Assembly (NCBI RefSeq): GCF_028641065.1
Contig: NW_026576497.1
Coordinates: 62,001 to 95,064, forward strand
From: Leucoraja erinacea
Taxonomy: Eukaryota
DNA length: 33,064 nt
Direction: 5' to 3'
Position 1 is the stretch's first letter, and each line of letters starts with the position of its first letter. The notes below the pieces were generated by a model. It did not search any database and was not told the origin of the DNA. It was given only the letters and a program-made list of their open reading frames with translations. This document shows, in pieces, positions 10,540 through 20,921 of the stretch. Made by a program: the position numbers and the translations under genes.

Positions 10540-13100
10540 TGAACCTCTGGTTAAGGAAGCCACAAACAATCTCCCAGAGATACTGGTGGAGAGAGGATCT
10601 AAGGGGGTAGAAGTACTGAAAGACATTTTCATTAAGCGAGAAATAGTATTGGGTAAGCTAAACGGACTGAAGGATGATAAGTCCCCTGGACCTGATGGTC
10701 TGCATCCCAGGGTCCTCGGGGAGGTGGCTCTAGAAATAGTGGACGCATTGGTGATCATTTTCCAATCTTCAATAGATTCAGGATCCGTTCATGTGGATTG
10801 GAGGGTAGCTAATGTTATCCCACTTTTCAAGAAAGGAGCGAGAGAGAAAACAGGGAATTGCAGACCTGTTAGCCTGACTTCGGTGGTGGGAAAGTTGCTG
10901 GAGTCAATTATTAAAGAGGTAATAATGGGGCATTTGGATAGCAGTAAAAGGATTAGTCCAAGTCAACATGGATTTATGAAAGGGAAATCATGCTTGACTA
11001 ATCTTCTGGAATTTTTTGAGGCTGTGACAAGTAAAGTGGATCAAGGGGTAGAAACATAGAAATTAGGTGGAGGAGTAGGCCATTCGGCCCTTCGAGCCTG
11101 CACCGTCATTCAATATGATCATGGCTGATCATCCAACTCAGTATCCCGTACCTGCCTTCTCTCCATACCCCCTGATCCCCTTAGCCACAAGGGCCACATC
11201 TAACTCCCTCATAAATATAGCCAATGAACTGGCCTCGACTACCCTCTGTGGCAGAGAGTTCCAGAGATTCACCACTCTCTGTGTGAAAAACGTTCTTCTC
11301 ATCTCGGTTTTAAAGGATTTCCTCCTTATCCTTAAGCTGTGACCCCTTGTCCTGGACTTCCCCAACATCGGGAACAATCTTCCTGCATCTAGTCTGTCCA
11401 ACCCCTTAAGAATTTTGTAAGTTTCTATAAGATCCCCTCTCAATCTCCTAAATTCTAGTGAGTTTAAACCAAGTCTATCCAGTCTTTCTTCACAAGACAG
11501 TCCTGACATCCCAGGAATCAGTCTGGTGAACCTTCTCTGCACTCCCTCTATGGCAATAATGTCCTTCCTCAGATTTGGAGACCAAAACTGTACGCAATAC
11601 TCCAGGTGTGGTCTCACCAAGACCCTGTACAACTGCAGTAGAACCTCCCTGCTCCTATACTCAAATCCTTTTGCTATGAAAGCTAACATGCCATTCGCTT
11701 TCTTCACTGCCTGCTGCACCTGCATGCCTACTTTCAATGACTGGTGTACCATGACACCCAGGTCTCGCTGCATCTCCCCTTTTCCTAGTCGGCCACCATT
11801 TAGATAATAGTCTGCTTTCCTGTTTTTGCCACCAAAATGGATAACCTCACATTTATCCACATTATACTGCATCTGCCAAACATTTGCCCACTCACCCAGC
11901 CTATCCAAGTCACCTTGCAGTCTCCTCGCATCCTCCTCACAGCTAACACTGCCCCCCAGCTTAGTGTCATCCGCAAACTTGGATATATTGCCGTCAATTC
12001 CCTCATCCAGATCATTAATATATATTGTAAATAGCTGGGGTCCCAGCACTGAGCCTTGCGGTACCCCACTAGTCACTGCCTGCGATTGTGAAGAGGACCC
12101 GTTTACTCCTACTCTTTGCTTCCTGATTGCCAGCCAGTTCTCCATCCACATCAATACTGAACCCCCAATCCCGTGTACTTTAAGTGAGGGTGCCAGTGGA
12201 TGTGGTGTATCTAGACTTTCAGAAAGCCTTTGATAAGATCCCGCACGGGAGACTCGTGACTAACATTAGAGCACATGGTATTGGGGGTTTGGGGTTGGGT
12301 GTTGACATGGATAGAAAATTGGTTGGCAGACCGGAAGTAAAGATTAGGAGTGAACGGGTCATTTTCAGAATGGCAGGCAGTGGCGAGTGGAGTGCCGCAA
12401 GGGTCGGTGTTGGGGCCGCAACTGTTTACCATATATATTAATGATTTGGAAGAGGGAATTAGGAGCAACACTAGCAAGTTTCTGGATGACACAAAGCTGG
12501 GTGGCAGTGTAAACTGTGAAGAGGATGTTAAGAGTTTGCAGGATGACCTGGACAGATTGAGTGAGTGGGCAGATGCGTGACAGATGCAGTACAATATAGA
12601 TAAATGTGAGATTATCCACTTTGGCGGCAAAAGCAAGGGGGCAGATTATTATCTCAATGGCGTTAAGTTAGGTAATGGGGAGGTGCAGCGAGATCTGGGC
12701 GTCCTTGTACACCTGTCACTGAAAGTTGGCTTACGGTTACAGCAGGCAGTGAAGAAAGCTAACGGAATGTTGGCCTTCATACCAAGAGGATTTCAGTACA
12801 GGAGTAAATAGGTTCTTCCGCAGTTGTATAGGGCTCTGGTGAGACCACATCTGGAGTATTGTGTACAGTTTTGGTCTCTTAATTTGAGGAAGGGCATCCT
12901 TGTGATTGAAGCAGTGCAGCGTAGGTTCACGAGATTGATCCCTGGAATGGCGGGACTGTCATATGAGGAAAGATTGAAAACACTAGGCTTGTATTCACGG
13001 GAGTTTAAAAGGATAAGGGGGGTCTTATAGAAACATATATAATTATAAAGGACTGGACAAGCTAAATGCAGGAAAAATGTTCCCAATCTTGTGCGAGTCC
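10540..13100 (+). mobile_element. CR1 RT fragment split by an antisense CR1
   Basis: KSPGPDG...SCLTNLLEFF...KVDQG (to 11048) resumes as [15 protein letters not shown] at ~12188, then GVPQGS, FLDD, RPHLEYC. Confidence 0.92.
11049..12183 (-). mobile_element. Young 5'-truncated CR1/HER1 nested in another CR1
   Basis: 338-aa open frame with [21 protein letters not shown]; tail at 11049. Confidence 0.95.
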
Positions 13101-13260
13101 ATACCCGTTCACTGCCTGCTGTTGGAAATGAATGGAGCGGTCGTCTGCATGATTGTGATTTCTGAATATTACATTGAAAGCAGTACTTGTTTGTTCCAAA
13201 GTCTGTTAGTAATGTCCACAGGGATGTTACCTAATTGCCTGTTTTCTCCTTTATTTACTT

Positions 13261-13266
13261 TATAAA
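13261..13266 (+). promoter_or_regulatory. Candidate TATA box of the GPCR gene
   Basis: TATAAA 85 bp upstream of the exon-1 ATG, in non-repeat sequence. Confidence 0.4.
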
Positions 13267-13345
13267 TGTGCCAGAGATTGGTTTGTTTCGCTGACAAACG
13301 CTGAGTGGCAGCACCAGGAGTGATCGCCTAGACCGTCGAATTAAA

Positions 13346-13415
13346 ATGTATTATATTGAGATCGTGGATATAGAATCTGTGTATTATCCGATTCTTGCAG
13401 CGATTGGTGTACCCG
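13346..13415 (+). CDS. GPR139/GPR142-like GPCR, coding exon 1
   Basis: ATG at 13346 reads MYYIEIVDIESVYYPILAAIGVP plus 1 nt, then donor G|gtaggt at 13416. Phase 1 matches the exon-2 acceptor, giving TM1 ...YYPILAAIGVP-V-NLMAIVILSR. Confidence 0.9.
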
Positions 13416-13539
13416 GTAGGTAATTGTCGGCACATCTCATTGAACTTACAAAGACAGTTTGAAAAGCGCAGAGGAGTAAAGATGAAGAGAACAAACGGAA
13501 TAACCCGGCAGGGTTAAGGGCTGCACGAAGTCTCAGCGG

Positions 13540-14410
13540 TGATGGCGCAGGGCTCGCTCGCCACTACTGTTGCTTGTCTTTACCGAATTTGTAGGTTCAG
13601 CGCGTGTTTTCTCCGATATCTTCGGTTTCCTCCAGCTCCCCAAGACAGACAGGTTTGTAGGTTAATTGATTTGGTATATATTTGGTTTAAGTCGCTAGTG
13701 TGTGTCGGATATTGTTAGAAACATAGACACGTAGAAAATAGGTGCAGGAGTAGGCCATTCGGCTCTTCGAGCCTGCACCGCCATTCAATATGATCATTGC
13801 TGATCATCCAACTCAGTATCCTGTACCTGCCTGCTCCCCCTACCATATAACCATATAACCATATAACAATTACAGCACGGAAACAGGCCATCTCGGCCCT
13901 ACAAGTCCGTGCCGAACAACTTTTTTTCCCCTTAGTTTCACCTGCCTGCACTCATACCATAACCCTCCATTCCCTTCTCATCCATATGCCTATCCAATTT
14001 ATTTTTAAATGATACCAATGAACCTGCCTCCACCACTTCCACTGGAAGCTCATTCCACACCGCTACCACTCTCTGAGTAAAGAAGTTCCCCCTCATATTA
14101 CCCCTAAACATCTGTCCCTTAATTCTGAAGTAATGTCCTCTTGTTTGAATCTTCCCTATTCTCAAAGGGAAAAGCTTGTCCCATGATCTCTTTAGCCACA
14201 AGGGCCACATCTAACTCCCTCTTACTGGCCTCAACCACCTTCTGTGGCAGAGAATTCCAGAGATTCACCACTCTCTGTGTGAAAAATGTTTTCCTCATCT
14301 CGGTCTTAAAAGATTACCCCCTTATCCTTAAACTGTGAGCGGGGATCGCTGGTCAGCGCGGGCTCGATGGACCGGAGGATCCGCTTCGGGGCTGTACATC
14401 TAAACTAATC
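13540..14410 (+). mobile_element. HE1-type SINE split by nested CR1 copies (13540-13715 and 14336-14410)
   Basis: ttttctccgatatcttcggtttcctcc...caggtttgtaggttaattg; 3' part ggggatcgctggtc...ctaaactaa. Confidence 0.75.
13716..14337 (-). mobile_element. CR1/HER1 3' end interrupted by a second CR1 subfamily (13843-14178)
   Basis: Outer copy has a catagaaa-type tail; inner copy has a (ccatataa)n tail and matches the 3' end of the 25600-28959 element. Confidence 0.9.
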
Positions 14411-14736
14411 TCAAATAAGCCAATGTACATCTTGGGAGAGAGGAAACGTGTTGTCTTCTTTGACGGGTGGCTTCTCATAGACTCTTTTTTTAAATAAGCT
14501 TATAGAGGCAGGTACATATCATATTAAAAACATTTAATGTATATCATTCCTACATTACTAATATTATCGATTGATATTAACTCTGCTTCTAGTATTTTTT
14601 TTATATAGATAGAAAATAGGAAAGAGAAATTAAAACAAGGAAAAAGCATGATAGAGTAGAATGGGATAATTTGCTAAAAATACAACGTTGGAGATAAGTC
14701 CGTAAATTATAAAGTGTAACCTTTCATCTAATCCTT

Positions 14737-15127
14737 AGAAACATAGAAACATAGAAACATAGAAATTAGGCGCAGGAGTAGGCCATTCGGCCCTTCGAGC
14801 CTGCACCGCCATTCAATATGATCATGGCTGATCATCCAACTCAGTATCCCGTACCTGCCTTCTCTCCATACCCCCTGATCCCCTTAGCCACAAGGGCCAC
14901 ATCTAACTCCCTCTTAAATATAGCCAATGAACTGGCCTCAACTACCCTCTGTGGCAGAGAGTTCCAGAGATTCACCACTCTCTGTGTGAAAAAAAGTTCT
15001 TCTCATCTCGGTTTTAAAGGATTTCCCCCTTATCCTTAAGCTGTGACCCCTTGTCCTGGACTTCCCTAACATCGGGAACAATCTTCCTGCATCTAGCCTG
15101 TCCAACCCCTTAAGAATTTTGTAAGTT
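14737..15127 (-). mobile_element. CR1/HER1 3' end inserted in the L1 3'UTR
   Basis: Three tandem agaaacat tail units; matches other copies. Confidence 0.95.
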
Positions 15128-15738
15128 TAACTTACTTACTTCGAAGTTAGTAACTTACTTCGAGTTACAGTCAGGTTCACGTGCCGAGCCAGTCTGCCCC
15201 TTCAAGTAGTCAATGAATGGAGACCATATTCTGATAAAAAAAAGTTCTTGTTTGTCCACTAAGCCAAGTCTGATTCTTTCCAAATGTAAGGTCTCCGACA
15301 TTTCTACAATCCACATTTTAATTGTGGTGGTTATAGGACCTTTCCAAAAGGTTAATATTAATGTTTTCCCAGTTAGTACACTATAGTCGATAACGTTTCT
15401 TTGGGTTGTTGTAAATGTTAGGCTTTGTTCTGATATTCCTACAATTATTAGTTTTAAATCGGGATCCAATTGAGTGTTGACAGCTACAGATATTATTCTA
15501 AAAATGTCCGTCGAGAAGTTTTTGATTTTTATACAGTTTGCTAATGTGTGAGTTAGGTTAGCCTCTAAATGTTGACATTTATCACAGATAGGGGAGATAT
15601 GTGGGAAGATTCCATTTAGTTTTGTTTTGGAGTAATGTAATCTATGCTGTACTTTAAATTGTATTAAAGAGTGTCTGGCATTTAATGAGCATTGATGTAT
15701 ATGTTGTAAACTTTCATCCCAAATATCTTTCGTTATTG

Positions 15739-15930
15739 TTTAAGAAGGAAATGCAGATGCTGGAGAATCGAAGGTACACAAAAAAGCTGGAGAAACTCAG
15801 CGGGTGCAGCAGCATCTATGGAGCGAAGGAAATAGGCAATGTTTCGGGCCGGTTTCGGCCCGAAACATTGCCTATTTCCTTCGCTCCATAGATGCCACTG
15901 CACCCTCTGAGTTTCTCCAGCTTTTTTGTG
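15739..15930. mobile_element. Fold-back (Penelope-like terminal) repeat with 15-bp TSD
   Basis: Inverted arms 15775-15851 and 15856-15932; direct repeat TATCTTTCGTTATTG at 15724-15738 and 15931-15945. Confidence 0.85.
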
Positions 15931-17535
15931 TATCTTTCGTTATTGGTTGGGTTAGTTCATTTTCCCATATTTGTCTATATAAATCCGTTGGTGGTATCTC
16001 ACTATCTAATAGGATATTATAAATATGAGATATTAATTTATCTGTATTAGGTTGTTTATTCAAACAATCATCAAGAATTTCCGGATCTCTAGTTCTAAGG
16101 TTTTGTGTATATGATTTAACACAATTTCTAAGTTGTAAATATCTAAAAAAAATCATTCCAGTGGAGTCCGTAAGTCTGTTGTAGCTCCTGAAATGATAGA
16201 AAGATGCCTTTCATAAAAAAGTTGTCCCATCCTTTTAATTCCATAATTTTTCCATTGTATGAAACCTTTATCGAACATAGAATGTTTAAACGAGGGGTTG
16301 TTCACGATGGGGGAGAGAGAGTGATAATTATACCATTTTAAGTTATTTTTTAATTGTTTCCAAATTCGCATACCACTGTATAGTATAGGATTTTCCCTGT
16401 AAGTTTTTTAAATTCAATTTTGAGGTAGTAAACAGAATCGAACCAATTTCAAAAGGTAAACAATCTTCCTTTGCCATCTTTAACCAATCTGGTTGTTGGT
16501 CCATTTCTTCCAGCCAAAAGTTCATATTTTTAATATTAACTGCCCAGAAATAAAACAAAATATTCGGTAAAGCTAAACCTCCATTTGTCTTTGATTTGCA
16601 TAAAAGTTTTTTTGCTCATTCTATGATTCTTATAATCCCAGATAAAATCAGTGACGATGGAGTCCACCTTTAAAATAAAAAGGGAGATATATCGGGTTTG
16701 ATTGAAAGATGTATAATAATTACGGTTAAAAAAATCATTTTTATGACAATAATTCTCACAAACGTTGAAATAGGGAGTGTTTTCCAATACTGAATATTCT
16801 TGTGTAGTTTAGTAAAGGGGAGAAATGTAATTTAAATAACGAGGCATATGTCTTAGTGACATAAATTCCTAGATATTAACATGTTTCATTAACTATTTTA
16901 AACGGGGATTGTTGAATTATATGTGGATGAAGTTCCGTTATTCGCATGATTTCACTTTTATTCCAATTAATTCTATATCCGGAAAACAAACCAAACTGAG
17001 TTATTAGATTTAATAAGTTTGGGCTACTAATTTCTGGTTTTGTATTGTAAATTAATTCATCATCTGCATATAAATACATTTTGTTCACAGTGTCTTTAGT
17101 ATTATACCAGTATATTTCTGGATGGGCCCCAACACTTTCAGCAAATGGCTCAATAGCGAGTTCGAACAATAACGGAGATAGCGGGCATCCTTGTCTACAA
17201 CATTTAGATCAATTCAATTTAGTTGATAACATTTGATTTGTTAATATTCTAGTTGTTGGGTTGGTGTATTAAAGTTTTACCCGTGTACAGAACTTCTCAC
17301 CCAGTTGAAAAAATTCCATCACCGAAAATAGAGAGGGCCTCTCATAGACTCTGGTACAAATTTAACCTCCACGGATTTGGGCTACAACCGATGCACCTGC
17401 GCTGTTGGTGGAGCACGCGACACGGCGTCCTCGCTGTATGTGGGACTACCTGTTCCGCAGTGCGTAGTGCACTCGCTAGAAAGAAAGAAGAAAAAAAAAA
17501 AACACCCGATCCCGTAACTTGGCACTGCCTTTTCT

Positions 17536-17734
17536 GGGGCGACAGTTGGCGCAATGGGCTAAGTGTTCGGCTGTTCAAACCCCGCTTGGAGTGCATACTG
17601 TCGTTGTGCCCTTGGGGCAAGACACTTCACCCACCTTTGCCTGTGTGTAAATGTAATGTAATTATGTGAAGCACTTTGGGGTCAATGCAAGTTGATTAAA
17701 AATGTGCTATATAAATAAGATTATTATTATTATT
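17536..17734 (+). mobile_element. tRNA-derived SINE with L2-type 3' tail
   Basis: ggggcgacagttggcgcaatgg...gttcaaacccc head, gtgcccttggggcaagacacttcacc core, tgtgaagcactttg...tgctatataaataag(att)n tail. Confidence 0.75.
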
Positions 17735-17974
17735 AAAACTCATAACATTCCACAGGGTTATTTTCGCAGAGACTGATTTGAAGATCGTATGAACAACTTA
17801 CTCAACAAAAGTTGAACAACCAGTCATGTCCCCCCCCCCCCTCAGGTCGGAAGGCAATTTTAAGATAGGTTTTTGAAGTACAGATAATAGAGACTGCAGC
17901 TGCCGCGATCATGCCGGGATAACAAAACATCAATATTAAACGGTTGGCATAAATATGTGCAGATAAATAGAAAC

Positions 17975-18243
17975 GGAAATTTCTGCAACAGCTTCATCCC
18001 CCAGGCCATAAGATTACTGAACAATCAACAAACCCGAGGCAGGAACTTTTTAAATATCGACACTTTTAAAAAACTTTTTATATATATTTATTTTACAGAA
18101 CCATGCACATGAGGCATTTTTTATGGACGTACCTAGCAATTTTTACTATTACCTGATTTTGGAGAGTCAAATGCAACGACATTTCGTTCAAGGTGCACTG
18201 TGTCTAGGTGTATATCTGAATGACAATAAAGTTCATTCATTCA
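17975..18243 (+). mobile_element. Rex1/Babar-type LINE 3' end
   Basis: Encodes FCNSFIPQAIRLLN (17981-18022), the family C-terminal motif; tail atttcgtt...aatgacaataaag(ttca)n. Confidence 0.75.
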
Positions 18244-18417
18244 AATTTCACTAGTTTTGGTAATCAGGTATTTAATAATTTGCTGACGATTGAACATCTT
18301 TATAGAAAACGTTGAGTTTTTTTGATCGTCCCAAATATGCGCACGTTTAAATAACCCTCACCCACCGTCGCAAACCCCAACACAATTCATCAGTTTATGT
18401 TTTTTATTCCTTCCCAG

Positions 18418-19302
18418 TGAATCTGATGGCGATTGTGATCCTGTCCCGTGGCAAGTGCGGCCTCTCCAAGTGCATCACTCGTTACATGGTAGCCATGGCG
18501 ACCGCGGACTTCTCTGTGCTTCTCATTGACGTGGTATTTCGTCGGATTGCTGATATGTATTGGTGGCCTACTTCATTGACCTACACTCCTGTGTGTAAAA
18601 TAATACTCTACCTGGCTCCCGTGTCGGTGGATTGTTCTGTATGGTTCACAGTCGCGTTCACATTTGATCGCTTTGTTGCGATTTCTACTAAGAATATGAA
18701 GGCCAAATATTGCACCGAGAGAACCGCGTCGATTGTTATTCTGACAGTGACCCCGTTCGTCTGCCTTCTGAATACACCTTTGCCCTTCGCATACGTTCCC
18801 TATTCCCCAACTGAACTGAATCTGGGCTGCGTCAAATATGTATATTTTTACATGCGTCACGAATGGATGGTGTTCTCTTGGATCGAACAGTTGTTCACCC
18901 CGGTGATTCCATTCTGCCTGATTTTGTTGTATAACGCGCTCACCGTCAGACGTATCTCCGTGGCCAGTCGGGTCCGGTGGGGAGAAAAAGAAAGACCAGG
19001 AGATGGTGAACCGCAGACGCTCGGTCGTTTTACTTCTGGCAATCTCGAGCTCCTTCATCCTGCTCTGGGCCACAAGTGTCGCACATTTTATTGTGTTTCG
19101 GTGTTTTAATTTGCCCTTACGCAGGTCCTGGACAAACCCCCTGTTCGAATTTGAAAAGGTTGGATTTATGTTTCAGCTCCTGAGCTCCTGCACCAACACG
19201 GCCATTTACACCGTGACACAGCGCAAGTTCAGAGATGAGTTGGTCCGTGTGCTAACATACCCATTCCGTTGCGCTAAAAATATAGGGCAATTGGTAAAGT
19301 GA
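18418..19302 (+). pseudogene. GPR139/GPR142-like class A GPCR, exon 2; frameshifted in ICL3 as assembled
   Basis: Acceptor ttttttattccttcccag|TG at 18417/18418. Motifs: NLMAIVILSRGKCGLSKC, TM2 MATADF, TM3 FTVAFTFDRFVAI, TM5 PVIPFCLILLYNALTVR. A second frame carries KDQEMVNRRRSVVLLL (TM6) and QLLSSCTNTAIY (TM7), stop at 19300-19302. Frame switches at ~18978-18990. Confidence 0.88.
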
Positions 19303-19304
19303 TC

Positions 19305-19310
19305 ATTAAA
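19305..19310 (+). promoter_or_regulatory. Candidate polyadenylation signal (ATTAAA) of the GPCR gene
   Basis: ATTAAA 2 nt after the stop codon. Confidence 0.3.
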
Positions 19311-19384
19311 ATAATATCACAACAACACGCGAGTGGTTTGATTATCGGATGTTTGTGAAAATACAAACATTTAGTTTAAACATT

Positions 19385-20175
19385 AGTTTAAGAAACTTCT
19401 GCAGCTGTTGGAACAATGGAAGGTAGACAAAATGCTGGAGAAACTCTGTGGGTGAGGCAGCATCGATGGAACGAAGAAATAGGTGTTCCTTTGCTCCATC
19501 GATGCTACCTCGCCCGCTGAGTTTCTCCATCAATCTATTTCTTCGCTCCATAGATGGCGGGATTGTCGTATGCTGAGAGAATGGAGCAGCTGGGCTTCCG
19601 ACATCCGGTGCCCTCCGCTCTACTTTCTGGCGGAAGAAGGGTCCCGACCAGAAACATCATCCATCCCTTTTCTCCACCGAAGCAACATTACCCGCCGACG
19701 CACTGCAGCAGTTTGTCCCATTCTCCGGTGTAAACCAGCGTCTTCTGTTCCTTTCTCCAACACCTCTTATGGCTGCACCTTCCATAAACCCAATTAATGT
19801 TTCTGCACTTAGTGGCAACGGACATCCAATTAATGATCAGGGAATTGTAACTGGGGACGAAAACAAGTTGGCAAAATAATTTGTACCTACATTTCCCGCC
19901 GTAGTTCACAAACTGCACAGGTTCCATTTGTTTAAGAAAGAACTGCAGATGCTGGATAAATCGAAGGTTGACAAAAATGCTGGAGAAACTCAGCGGGTGA
20001 GGCATCAACTATGGAGCGAAGGAACAGGTTACGTTTCGGGTTGAGACCCTTCTTCGGGCTGATGTTGGGGTGGGGGGGGGGGGCTTCGCACCACAGATGC
20101 TGCCTCACCCGCTGTGTTTCTCCAGCATTTTTGTCACCCTTCCATTTATCCAGCATCTGCAATTCTTTCTTAATC
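19385..20175. repeat. Three copies of the same fold-back family (~19388-19555, 19625-19760, 19929-20175)
   Basis: Recurring aaaatgctggagaaactc...gggtgaggca and its reverse complement; hammerhead-like cores at 19631-19658 (+) and 20030-20057 (-). Confidence 0.8.
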
Positions 20176-20235
20176 AAATGAAACATGTGCGTGTTCCTCG
20201 TTGATGAATGGTAGAAGAATGGTAGAACATCTGCT

Positions 20236-20738
20236 TTATAAAATGTTCAGCAGAGCTGTCACCTCCTGAAGTAGGCACGCCTGCACGCTTATGGCGGACA
20301 CGTTAATGAAATGAAACGGCATGTCAGCCACGCTCACGGCCAGATAGAGCAAACGGCCTGGCACAATTCCCTGCACCTTCAGGATCACTGGCTGGGATGT
20401 CAGGGGCAACAGGAAGGCCACCCCACTCGAATTTGTGCTGTGGTGGCTCTTCCCATTCCATGAGACAGGAGGTTTCATCACTGACAACAGTATGCGCCTC
20501 TTGCAGAAAACGTACCAATATATCCCCTCTTTGACGACTGATAGATGATGACATCTGCGAAGGTCCCGCCTTCCGCCATTAATGGTTAGGCTATCAACTG
20601 CGATCTTCATGTTGAAGTCATACTAAGGGTTTTCCCTCACACTTCGTAGGAGTGGGGCTCCTCACTCATAGGCGCTTCGCAAGGTCCCCAAACTGACGCG
20701 TCTCAGAATCGGGAAGGCCACTAACTTTACTGCGAAGG
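20236..20738 (-). mobile_element. Tx1-like LINE fragment: ORF1 end and ORF2 endonuclease N-terminus
   Basis: MKIAVDSLTINGGR, FLQEAH, SHHSTNSSGVAFL, IVPGRLL, FINV: degenerate, frameshifted APE N-terminus of L1/Tx1 type. Confidence 0.75.
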
Positions 20739-20921
20739 ATAATAATAATAATAATAATAATAATACATTTTATTTATGGGCGCCTTTCAAGAGTCTCAAG
20801 GACACCTTACAAAAATTTAGCAAGTAGAGGAAGAACATGTAAGGGGAATGTAATAAATAGTAGAGACATGACTAGTACACAAAGTAAAGACAGAATTCAA
20901 TACAACACACAATAATAAGGC
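20739..20921 (-). mobile_element. 3'UTR and (TTA)n tail of the same L2
   Basis: Minus strand reads tgtaaggtgtccttgagactcttgaaaggcgcccataaataaaatgta(tta)n, an L2-type 3' end; separated from the body by the CR1 at 20922-23677. Confidence 0.85.

Larger units (their letters stand above)
14483..17260 (-). mobile_element. Degenerate AT-rich L1-clade LINE (3' half of ORF2) in the GPCR intron, with two nested insertions
   Basis: RQGCPLSPLLFELAIEP, LYADD, FSGYRINWNKSE, FRYLQLR, CDKC...H..C knuckle, IWSPFIDYL; poly-A end at ~14483. Confidence 0.9.

Noticed and set aside
17330-17502. Possible 3' end of another LINE (NLHGFGL..., gaaagaaagaag plus poly-A)
   Set aside because: Too degenerate to assign without a profile search.
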